This document shows, one piece after another, positions 19,696 through 27,657 of a DNA stretch of 32,000 nt. Positions within the stretch are counted from its first letter, which is position 1. Each line of letters starts with the position of its first letter. The stretch spans positions 930,001 through 962,000 of the forward strand of contig NZ_CP076228.1 of assembly GCF_021378375.1 (NCBI RefSeq). Direction: 5' to 3'. Position numbers and translations under genes: made by a program. This stretch comes from Wolbachia endosymbiont of Drosophila innubila (GTDB lineage Bacteria > Pseudomonadota > Alphaproteobacteria > Rickettsiales > Anaplasmataceae). The notes under the pieces were generated by a model. It was not told the origin of the DNA. It made no database searches and saw nothing but the letters and a program-made list of their open reading frames with translations.

Positions 19696-19808
19696 TAAAT
19701 CTAAGTCAGTTTAGCTATATGCTTTTAATTCCCCCAAAAGGAGAATTAAATATGTGAAGTTCTAGTTGATATGACTTAATGAATGGTTAGTTTAAATTAC
19801 TAATTTAT

Positions 19809-20786
19809 TTAAGAGATTTTGATAATATTTAACCCACTCGCTTTTCTATTTTCCATATCACGATGTGCTTGAATTATTTCATCAAATTTATATTTTTTAT
19901 TGATCCGTACAGTTAAAAGTTTTTTTCTTATCATCTCGAAGATTTCCATTGTGGTAAGCACTAATGTGAATCTATCATGCTTATAATGGTATATTGAGGT
20001 TCCAGTTGCAAATAACGAACGTGAACTAAGTAAAGAAAAACTAATAGGAGCGTTACCTGATATCTGCCCATAGGAAACGTATATGCCGAACCTGCCTAAA
20101 GATTCAAAAGAAAGCTTGCTTGTAGCGTAACCTATAGGGTCATACACTGCACCTACTCCTCTGTTTTGCGTAATCTCCATAACTTTAGAAACGAAGTCTT
20201 TATCATTGTAGTTTATTGCGTATGTGCAGCCACTTTGTAAAGCTATCTTCATTTTTTCATCAGAGCTTACAGAACCTATCACTACACCTTTTTTATCCTT
20301 TGCCCATTGGCATATTATTTGTCCTAAACCACCATTAGCCCCATGAACTAGCACGAAAGCACCAGGCCTAACTTTATAAGATTGATTAACTAAATAGTGA
20401 GCTGTCATACCTTTAAACAGCACTGCAGCAGCAACTTCATCAGATATGTCATCTGGAATTTTTATCAGATATTTCTGGTGTATAATGCGCTTTTCACAAT
20501 ATGCCCCTGGAGGAGCTGTGCAATATCCAACTCTGTCTCCAACCTTCAATCCATCACTGATTTTTTTACCAAGCTTTTCAATAACTCCCACTGCTTCTAC
20601 CCCAAGCACTGATGGTAAATTTTTAATTTTGCGCGTACCTTTTCTGTGCTCTAAATCATAACGATTTAAGCCGATAGTTGTGTGACGTACTAAAACTTCC
20701 TCGCCTTTTGGCTCACCTATACTCTTATCTACAAATTCTAATACTTCTGGTCCCCCAGTTTTTTTAATTTGTATAGCTCTAACCAT
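19809..20786 (-). CDS. qor: NADPH:quinone oxidoreductase (zeta-crystallin-like MDR family)
   Basis: It starts MVRAIQIKKTGGPEVLEFVD at ATG 20786, the typical Qor N-terminus. The 14-codon extension to 20828 is rejected. It has the nucleotide-binding block LVHGANGGLGQ. Confidence 0.85.
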   Translation of the reverse strand: MVRAIQIKKTGGPEVLEFVDKSIGEPKGEEVLVRHTTIGLNRYDLEHRKGTRKIKNLPSVLGVEAVGVIEKLGKKISDGLKVGDRVGYCTAPPGAYCEKRIIHQKYLIKIPDDISDEVAAAVLFKGMTAHYLVNQSYKVRPGAFVLVHGANGGLGQIICQWAKDKKGVVIGSVSSDEKMKIALQSGCTYAINYNDKDFVSKVMEITQNRGVGAVYDPIGYATSKLSFESLGRFGIYVSYGQISGNAPISFSLLSSRSLFATGTSIYHYKHDRFTLVLTTMEIFEMIRKKLLTVRINKKYKFDEIIQAHRDMENRKASGLNIIKIS

Positions 20787-20865
20787 GATGAATATTAAGA
20801 TAAAAACTTTGATTATGTTATCTAACAATTAATATTTTGCAAAGTTATTGTTTTCACAATCAATA

Positions 20866-20940
20866 GACTTCTTGCGTTACCTCCTGTCATTCCAGTGTTA
20901 GCTACTTGGATGACACCCTATTGATTACTGAAATGACACG
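20866..20940. repeat. interspersed hairpin repeat modules
   Basis: AGACTTCTTGC is the reverse complement of 19637..19647. GTCATTCCAGTGTTAGCTACTTGGATGACACC is a hairpin unit of the same family. Confidence 0.7.
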
Positions 20941-20956
20941 GTTTGCAAACATTCTG

Positions 20957-21493
20957 TTACTTAAGCTTAAAGAACGTGTATGATAGTGTTATTTCGCCCA
21001 AATCTTTTGTATTACTATCAAGCATTATCTCAGGATCTATATAGAAAGATACGGGCATAGCTGCTTTTTGTTTTGGTAGCAACATTTGCTCTTCAAAACA
21101 AAAGCATGCAACTTTATTGAAATACTTACCTGCTTTGAAAGGCGTAACATTATACACCGCCATACCAAATGAAGGCTGATCAGATAGATTTTTTGCGTAA
21201 TAAAACGCTAAACTTTGTTCTCCTATGTTTACGTCAACGTAGTTAGTTTCTGATTTAAACTCCCAAGGTAGATCGGACATTATATCAGCATTGAAATGGA
21301 CCCTGATCTTTTGGTTAGTTATATTTGTTGTTGTGTTAGTTACTTTTCTTATTGTGCCACCATACCCAGTAGCTTTACAGAAAATGCTATATAGAGGTAC
21401 CGATGCATATGCAAGACATATCATCGACACAACTAAAGATACTAAAAAGAAAACTATAGAATTCTTACTGCCTTTCCTTAAAAAGGAAAACAT
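20957..21493 (-). CDS. ctaG: cytochrome c oxidase assembly protein CtaG/Cox11
   Basis: 178 aa with an N-terminal TM anchor and the conserved YNVTPFKAGKYFNKVACFCFEEQ copper-binding block. Confidence 0.9.
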   Translation of the reverse strand: MFSFLRKGSKNSIVFFLVSLVVSMICLAYASVPLYSIFCKATGYGGTIRKVTNTTTNITNQKIRVHFNADIMSDLPWEFKSETNYVDVNIGEQSLAFYYAKNLSDQPSFGMAVYNVTPFKAGKYFNKVACFCFEEQMLLPKQKAAMPVSFYIDPEIMLDSNTKDLGEITLSYTFFKLK

Positions 21494-22216
21494 CTAATCC
21501 CTATTGTTGAACAAGTTAAGTAACCTGAGTAGATTGAGAAATATATTAATAAAGTCAAAATAAAGATTAGTTGCACCGAGTATTGCCAATTTAGTAGTAG
21601 CAACTTCTGATCCGTCATTATGTTTATAATAAACGTCCTTGATTCTTTGAGCATCATACGCAGTCATTAAGGTAAAGACTATTACTGATATGAACGATAT
21701 TGCAAAGTGGAGAGGACTACTTCCAAGAAATAAATTTACTATAGACGCAATGATTAACCCCCAAACTCCCATAATCAAGAAAGAGCCCATACTTGTAAGA
21801 TCTCTTTTTGTAGTATTGCCATATAAAGCCATAGAGCCAAACATGATTGATGTAATGAAAAACGCCCTTGCTATATTTTCTGCAGTATAAACTATAAAAA
21901 CATAAGATAAGGAAAGCCCCATTAACACTGAGAACGAGAAAAATATAGTAACGGCAGACTGAGCACTTAGGTGTTGAATTCTATAAGACATGTAGAACAC
22001 CAATGCAACCGGAGATAACATTACCACAAGCGATAGAACGGGATTAGAATAAATTGCTTGAAAAAGACCAGAAAATACTGTTAAAAATGCAACAAGCCCT
22101 GTGACGCCCAAAGCTAAAGCCATGTAATTATATACTTTAGTTAGGTAACTTCTAAGCCCAGCACTATAATAAACGCCTTGAGAGCGAATATCCTGTTCAT
22201 TTCTCATATAAGACAT
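21494..22216 (-). CDS. Bax inhibitor-1/YccA family membrane protein
   Basis: Seven hydrophobic segments and the typical N-terminal block LRSYLTKVYNYMALAL. AAGGAG lies 7 nt upstream of ATG 22216, so I prefer it to 22237. Confidence 0.85.
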   Translation of the reverse strand: MSYMRNEQDIRSQGVYYSAGLRSYLTKVYNYMALALGVTGLVAFLTVFSGLFQAIYSNPVLSLVVMLSPVALVFYMSYRIQHLSAQSAVTIFFSFSVLMGLSLSYVFIVYTAENIARAFFITSIMFGSMALYGNTTKRDLTSMGSFLIMGVWGLIIASIVNLFLGSSPLHFAISFISVIVFTLMTAYDAQRIKDVYYKHNDGSEVATTKLAILGATNLYFDFINIFLNLLRLLNLFNNRD

Positions 22217-22295
22217 AATATAACTCCTTTTATCCATTACTTAACACATTATAATATAAAACCATATTTTTATCAAGTGTTTTTATTATAAACAG

Positions 22296-23060
22296 CTATG
22301 CGCTGGCATTTGTTTTAATATAAATAGAATATAGGCCTATTGCTGCTGCGTTTGAAACATTTAAACTGTTAATTGCATTTGACATTGGGATTTTTAAAAG
22401 ATAATCACAATTTTCTTTAACTAACCTCCGCATTCCTTTCTCTTCAGAACCAAAAATAATTACTCTTTTTTTCTCAAAACTCTTTATTTCATCTATATTT
22501 TCTTTAGCATTGCAATCAAACCCGTAACACCAGTAGCCGACCTTTTTTAAATACTGCATAGTTTTTACTATATTTGTAACGTATATTAGCGGAACAATAT
22601 CTAAAGCCCCACTTGCTGCTTTTGCAATAGATGCATTTTCACTCGGTGAATGGTTATGTGGTAAAACCAATGCGTCGACATTAAAACAAGCTGAAGTTCT
22701 TAAAATTGATCCAATATTGTGCGTGTCAGTGACTTGATCTAAAATGACTATAGTAGAACTGTCGTTTGAGCTTTCAGCTACTTCTTCGATGCTTAAGTTA
22801 TAAAGAATAGGGGCAACATTTAAAGCAATTCCTTGATGGTTAGCACCTTTGGGTAAAACGTCATTAAGTATTTTGTTTTCTACTAATCGAACTTTAATAC
22901 CCTTACTATTTGCATATTGCTTAATTTCTTTTTCGTGTTCTCTATAGAAATTTTCTGTTACTAACAGTTCTATACACCGCCTATTTTTATTCTTCAGTGC
23001 TGACATGCAGGTGTGCTTTCCATACAGCCAAAAATTCTCATTAGTTTTTGACGATTTCAT
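22296..23060 (-). CDS. rlmB: SpoU/TrmH-family RNA 2'-O-methyltransferase, RlmB-like
   Basis: 254 aa with an N-terminal substrate-binding domain (LYGKHTCMSALKN). SpoU motifs are present: LDQVTDTHNIGSILRT, IIFGSEEKGM and SLNVSNAAAIGLY. Confidence 0.8.
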   Translation of the reverse strand: MKSSKTNENFWLYGKHTCMSALKNKNRRCIELLVTENFYREHEKEIKQYANSKGIKVRLVENKILNDVLPKGANHQGIALNVAPILYNLSIEEVAESSNDSSTIVILDQVTDTHNIGSILRTSACFNVDALVLPHNHSPSENASIAKAASGALDIVPLIYVTNIVKTMQYLKKVGYWCYGFDCNAKENIDEIKSFEKKRVIIFGSEEKGMRRLVKENCDYLLKIPMSNAINSLNVSNAAAIGLYSIYIKTNASA

Positions 23061-23152
23061 CGTATTATTGAAAATCGGGTTTTTATAGAATAAGCAACAT
23101 TTTACTATGTTTGAATATTGTTGTAAAATTATACAATTCGATTAATGCGTTT

Positions 23153-23653
23153 ATGTCGGACGATGAGTTGGATTGGCAAAAAAATGTTAAGCCAATAAAA
23201 TGTGGAAAAGTTACTTTGAAAGTTGATCATAAAGTAAATATAAAGTCTATGGTTGATAAAGGTACCTCCGACTTACAAGGGAATTTTCTTAATACCAATA
23301 ATAGTAACTCATCATTTTGTCTTGACCAAAACACAAAATCAAAAGTTGATAGGGGTAAATATTTTATAAGCGATAAGCTCGATTTGCATGGCTATAATAT
23401 AGAGGATGCTTACTGTAAATTGATAGATTTTATTATCAAAAATTATCGAGCAGGAAATAGATGTTTATTGGTAATTACGGGATACGGCAGTGCAACAAAC
23501 AAAACAGACACTATAAAGAGTAACTTAAATAAATGGTTAAATGACACTAAAATCCAGCATATGGTTCTATACTACCAACAAGCTACGAAAAAACATGGTG
23601 GTAAAGGGGCTTTTTATGTTTTATTAAGAAGGAATAAAAACCTTGAGTCCTGA
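23153..23653 (+). CDS. Smr-domain protein
   Basis: C-terminal Smr block LDLHGYNIEDAYCKLIDFI...LLVITGYG. The ATG at 23153 is preferred over the TTG at 23111. Confidence 0.75.
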   Translation: MSDDELDWQKNVKPIKCGKVTLKVDHKVNIKSMVDKGTSDLQGNFLNTNNSNSSFCLDQNTKSKVDRGKYFISDKLDLHGYNIEDAYCKLIDFIIKNYRAGNRCLLVITGYGSATNKTDTIKSNLNKWLNDTKIQHMVLYYQQATKKHGGKGAFYVLLRRNKNLES

Positions 23654-23758
23654 TACTTAAAATTCCTTTTAAGCCTTAATTTTTCTTGTATAACCATACA
23701 GTGTTCGGCAGCGCGTGACGCACAACTGTGCGAACATTGTGATTTGGGTCTCCCAGGA

Positions 23759-23920
23759 AGGATGTCTCCCAGTACCTCTTTTCCCGTCATCCCGCTACGT
23801 GTTAGCGGGATCTCATTTCACTTTATGAGGGTGTCATCCGAGTAGCCCCTTTCTCGTCATCCCGCTACGTGTTAGCGGGATCTCATTTCACTTTATGAGG
23901 GTGTCATCCGAATAGCTTGA
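23759..23920. repeat. tandem repeat, 70-bp period, about 2.3 copies
   Basis: The unit is CGTCATCCCGCTACGTGTTAGCGGGATCTCATTTCACTTTATGAGGGTGTCATCCGAGTAGCCCCTTTCT. It starts at 23785 and again at 23855, with a partial copy before. Each unit holds the hairpin ATCCCGCTA-cgtgt-TAGCGGGAT. Confidence 0.85.
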
Positions 23921-24145
23921 CTACTTGGATCCAGATTGGATACTGAGTTGGTGAGTATAAAAGTATAGCTTCTACGTCATACCGCCGCGGTATCTCAGCC
24001 GCTAACAAATAGCGGGGTGACGAGTTACTATACCGCTGCGAACCGTCATACCGCGATTTATTCCATAGCTGTACGAACATTCATTTTTGAAGGTAAACTG
24101 CACAGCAAATGGTGTCATTCCAGTGCTTGACACTGGAATCCAGCC

Positions 24146-24472
24146 GGCTTTGTTGCATCGCTAGCTATGATGGATTAAAGATAAAAAAGGCGGAGAATAT
24201 CAGTAGCTTATTATTCTGGTATGTATAACAAGAACGGTCAGTGAATACCTAAATTTGAGTAAAAGAAATTTCACTACCACTCACTAATCCGGCTAAAATT
24301 CAAGAATTTCAATGCTTTAGCTATTTTCAATAGAATTAAATTTATTAATATAAATAACAAGTTACTATTCTTAAATTTGATCAGATTGATTGCAAAAAAA
24401 ACAAGATTTTCAATAAGTTGCTTATAATCCTAATTATAGTTAGCCTTTCATAAGTAGCGATGCAACAAAGCC
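24146..24472. mobile_element. MITE-like non-autonomous element with the termini of the 6022/18458 IS
   Basis: GGCTTTGTTGCATCGCT at 24146..24162 and its exact reverse complement AGCGATGCAACAAAGCC at 24456..24472 enclose 293 bp of AT-rich DNA with no ORF. The right subterminal TCATAA also matches the IS copies. No target duplication is visible. Confidence 0.6.
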
Positions 24473-24535
24473 ATTCCAGCGTCACGCGCTGCCATGTGAT
24501 ATACAATTTCCTTCGAATTACAACGTACGTGCGCT

Positions 24536-25570
24536 CTATATGCACTTGATTGACAAATGCTCTCTTATCAAAATCTCAAGAATCTGCACTATATTTAATG
24601 CTGCGCCTTTGCGCAGGTTGTCAGCCACTATCCACATATTTAATCCGTGCTCAACAGTATTGTCTCTTCTAATACGCGATACATATACAGCATTCTCCTG
24701 TACAACATCAATTTGAGTTATGTATTCACTATCTTCACGCCTGTTGTACACTAAAACTCCACTATCTTCGGCTTCACTTAGCACTTCACGAGCTTGTTCT
24801 TCAGTGATATGTTGATCAAATTCCACATTTACTGCCATAGCGTGACCGATAAAGACGGGTACCCTTACACAAGTTGCAGTAACTTTTATATCTTCCTCTA
24901 AAATTTTTTTTGTCTCCTCTTGCATTTTCCATTCCTCTTCTGTAGAGCCATTTTCCATGAATTCTCCTACATGGGGAATGCAATTGAATGCTATTTGCTT
25001 AGAGAATATCTTGGGTTTTTTAGCTTCGTTCATAAAGATTTTTTTTGTCTGGTCATAGAGCTCATCCATTGCTGCTTTGCCTGCACCAGAAGTTGATTGA
25101 TAAGTTGAAGCAACGATTCTCTTTATTTTTGCTTTTTGGTGTAATAGATGTAGTACTAGCAGCATCTGTATTGTAGTACAGTTTGGATTGGATATTATGT
25201 TGTGGTTTTTATATTCCATAATTTTTTCTTTATTAATCTCTGGAATAATGAGTGGCACACCCTCTTTCATTCTAAAATGGGAACTGTTATCTATCACGAC
25301 GCATCCAGCCTGTGTTGCAATTGGTACATACTCTTCAGAAACATGAGATCCAGCACAGAAAATGGCTACATTAGTTCCAACGAAGTCATAATCCTCAAGG
25401 CATAAAACTGTTAACTCTTTGTCACCAAAGCTCACCTTCTTCCCTTCTGATTTTTTCGATGCAAGTGCAATAACGCAATCTATCGCCTCATCTTGAAATT
25501 CAGCAAGCGTGCTTAATACCTCACGCCCTACTCTTCCGGTTGCTCCAATAACAGCAATTTTGTATCTCAT
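24536..25570 (-). CDS. asd: aspartate-semialdehyde dehydrogenase
   Basis: 344 aa with N-terminal IAVIGATGRVG, active-site context SNPNCTTIQM and a later STYQSTSGAGKAAMDEL block. Confidence 0.95.
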   Translation of the reverse strand: MRYKIAVIGATGRVGREVLSTLAEFQDEAIDCVIALASKKSEGKKVSFGDKELTVLCLEDYDFVGTNVAIFCAGSHVSEEYVPIATQAGCVVIDNSSHFRMKEGVPLIIPEINKEKIMEYKNHNIISNPNCTTIQMLLVLHLLHQKAKIKRIVASTYQSTSGAGKAAMDELYDQTKKIFMNEAKKPKIFSKQIAFNCIPHVGEFMENGSTEEEWKMQEETKKILEEDIKVTATCVRVPVFIGHAMAVNVEFDQHITEEQAREVLSEAEDSGVLVYNRREDSEYITQIDVVQENAVYVSRIRRDNTVEHGLNMWIVADNLRKGAALNIVQILEILIREHLSIKCI

Positions 25571-25698
25571 ATAGATGAACCTCTAATTTTAAAGTTCTAT
25601 TATATTTTTACTGACAAAATTTACAATTGTTTTAATATTTTTACCTTGCAATTAATTGTAATTTAGCTATTATTATGCAATATTAGTAATATTACATA

Positions 25699-26163
25699 AT
25701 GAAATGGAAGATGAGTAAGGAATACGATGAAACTAAGGTTAAACCTGCAATGTCTACACCTCAAGGGCCTGAAGGAACCAATGGATCAAAGGCCCAAAGT
25801 GTTCTTTCGAATAAAAGAAAGCCTACAATAAATTTTGATGATAAAAAGTATGGTGTAAAAACCTCTAAAATAGACCAACAGTCTCTAAACAAAAGACAAG
25901 AATCTTCAAAGCTAAGAGATCCCTTAAGGTCAATACCAATAATAAGGAGATTTTTAGCAAGGATTTTCACACCTGAAAAAATAGAAATCATCAGTAACCC
26001 TATATATGACAACATGGAAGCATATAAAAAATCGCAGGAAGATTACCCTAGTAAGATAAAAGATGAAACTAGTATAGATGATGAACACACAAAAGAAGTA
26101 GATAGTAAACTTGAGAAGGGTAATGTTGAACAAGTGGACAACAAGAAAAGTCGTAGTTCATAA
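25699..26163 (+). CDS. hypothetical protein (154 aa, K/S/E-rich, predicted disordered)
   Basis: It is the only long ORF in a 600-nt gap and its codon composition resembles its neighbours. There is no recognisable family and no clear RBS. An alternative start lies at 25711. Confidence 0.5.
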   Translation: MKWKMSKEYDETKVKPAMSTPQGPEGTNGSKAQSVLSNKRKPTINFDDKKYGVKTSKIDQQSLNKRQESSKLRDPLRSIPIIRRFLARIFTPEKIEIISNPIYDNMEAYKKSQEDYPSKIKDETSIDDEHTKEVDSKLEKGNVEQVDNKKSRSS

Positions 26164-26190
26164 ATATCAATCATTTAAAAATTATCTCTA

Positions 26191-26293
26191 GTTATAACAT
26201 TGTATCTGTTCAGATGCATGGCTCATGTACAAATATTGAAACAAAAATTCCAGTGCTCCTTTCTCGTCATCCCAGTGCGTGACACTTGTATCT
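26191..26293. repeat. left part of an inverted-repeat-bounded hairpin-module element interrupted by the IS110-family element
   Basis: It starts GTTATaacattGTATCTGTTCAG and contains ATTCCAGTGCTCCTTTCTCGTCATCCCAGTGCGTGACACTTG of the GTCAT/CCAGTG family. Confidence 0.6.
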
Positions 26294-26299
26294 TTATGA

Positions 26300-26450
26300 T
26301 GTGAGGCATTAGAGCTAAAATACCTCACAGGGAGGGTGAAGCTGATGCGACACTAATGCCATTAAGCCAGATTTTGCTTCCCTCCCATAGAGTTAAAGAC
26401 TGAACAGTATCTTTTGGAATTATATCCCGTATTACAAGGTTAGTCTAAAC
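26300..26450 (+). ncRNA. candidate IS110-type bridge RNA region (structured left end)
   Basis: Three stems are readable by eye. They are GTGAGG/CCTCAC (26301..26328), GGAGGG-t-GAAGC/GCTTC-CCTCCC (26331..26386, closing a 33-nt loop) and a weak AGACT/AGTCT (26397..26446). The loops carry short identities to the insertion flanks and to the element's right end. The exact ends are unknown. Confidence 0.3.
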
Positions 26451-26483
26451 TCTCAGTTTATTTATAGTCTTGGAGGCAATTTT

Positions 26484-27444
26484 ATGCAAGTAAATGCTAT
26501 TTTGGGTGTGGATATTTCAAAAAAGAAATTTGATGTTTGTTTGTTAGTGGACAGTAAAAAACGACACAAAGTCTTTCAAAATAATCAAGATGGTTTTGCA
26601 AAACTTGTAGTTTGGTGCAATGGCCATGGAGCAAATCTTACTCATTTATGTCTTGAAGCAACTAGTTGGTATGGAGAAGATTTGGCTACTTTTATGCACG
26701 ATTTAGGACATAATGTCAGTATAGTAAACCCAGAAAGCTTTTGGCAAAAGTGAGCTGCTCAGAAATAAGACAGATAAATCAGATGCAGCTATGATAGCTA
26801 GATTTTGTATCGCCAACAAACCTGCTCTTTGGAAGCCCATTGCACCTGAAATGAGGCATTTGAGGGAGCTTTACCGTTGCATGCAATCGCTAAAAGATGA
26901 TAAGGTGCAACAGACAAATCGCTTGGAAAACAAAAATATGCATTCCAGTTGCAAAGAAGCTATATCTAAAGTAATTTTGGCAATAGAGGAGCAAATTATT
27001 GTTCTCGAAAAAGAAATTAATGAGCATATAAATAACTATCCACATCTAAAAAATATGGTGGAAAACCTTAAGACTATAAAAGGTATAGGATATCTTACTG
27101 CTGTTGCTGTTGTCGCAGAAATGCCATCAGTTGATAACTTTGACAATGCTAAACAATTTACAGCTTTTGCTGGTCTAAATCCAGGACATTATCAATCGGG
27201 ATCGTCAGTAAGTAAGAGAAGTTGCATATGCAAAATAGGATCTGAGCGTATTCGAAAAGCTCTTTACATGCCAGCTATAGTAGTCAAAAACCATAATAAT
27301 CATTTTCAAAAATTTTGTCAGCGTCTAGCAAGTAAAGGCAAATGTCCAAAAGTCATAGTTCTTGCGTTAATGCGAAAATTAATGCATGTCTTTTTTGGTA
27401 TTCTTAAAAATAATCAACCATTTAATTGTAATTTTGTTGAATAA
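26484..27444 (+). pseudogene. IS110-family DEDD transposase/recombinase with one frameshift
   Basis: The N-terminal ORF (26484..26753) begins MQVNAILGVDISKKKFDV and contains LCLEATSWYGEDL. The second frame is open from about 26729 (QKAFGKSELLRNKTDKSDAAMIARFC...) to 27444, with a C-terminal Transposase_20-type block (IKGIGYLTAVAVVAEM...FAGLNPGHYQSGSS). A single 1-nt indel lies near 26727..26732. Confidence 0.82.
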
Positions 27445-27470
27445 TTTGTTTGACAGCAGAGACAGTATCT

Positions 27471-27653
27471 GGGATCCAGATTGGGCACTAAGTTGGTAAA
27501 CACGAAAGCGATTAATCCTTTACAACGTTTTTGATGGAACTGCGCGAAAGAACTGGATGCCAGTGTCACGCACTGGCATGACACCCATTTCTTCCTATAG
27601 TTGTCTTTTCTCGTCTACCTTATTTTGCCACTCTGCTGAACAGATACATAACA
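27471..27653. repeat. right part of the interrupted hairpin-module element
   Basis: GGGATCCAGATTGGGCACTAAGTTGGTAA matches 23926..23954. 27505..27590 is the reverse complement of modules at 4296..4370. It ends CTGAACAGATACATAAC, inverted relative to 26191..26213. Confidence 0.65.
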
Positions 27654-27657
27654 TTTG

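Larger units (their letters stand above)
26294..27470 (+). mobile_element. IS110-family insertion sequence (about 1.18 kb)
   Basis: GTATCT occurs at both junctions (26288..26293 and 27465..27470). It has a long non-coding left end (190 nt) and a short right end (26 nt), and no terminal inverted repeats, as expected for IS110-group elements. The boundaries are inferred and may be off by up to 6 nt. Confidence 0.7.

Noticed and set aside
19725-19750. TTAATTC-ccccaaaagga-GAATTAA hairpin downstream of qor as a terminator
   Set aside because: It is only a 7-bp A/T-rich stem with an 11-nt loop and no following U-run on the qor strand, which is too weak to call.
23759-23920. Possible CRISPR array suggested by regularly spaced palindromic repeats
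   Set aside because: The 70-bp units are directly tandem with no unique spacers, there are only about 2.3 copies, and no cas genes are present. It is a tandem duplication of hairpin modules.
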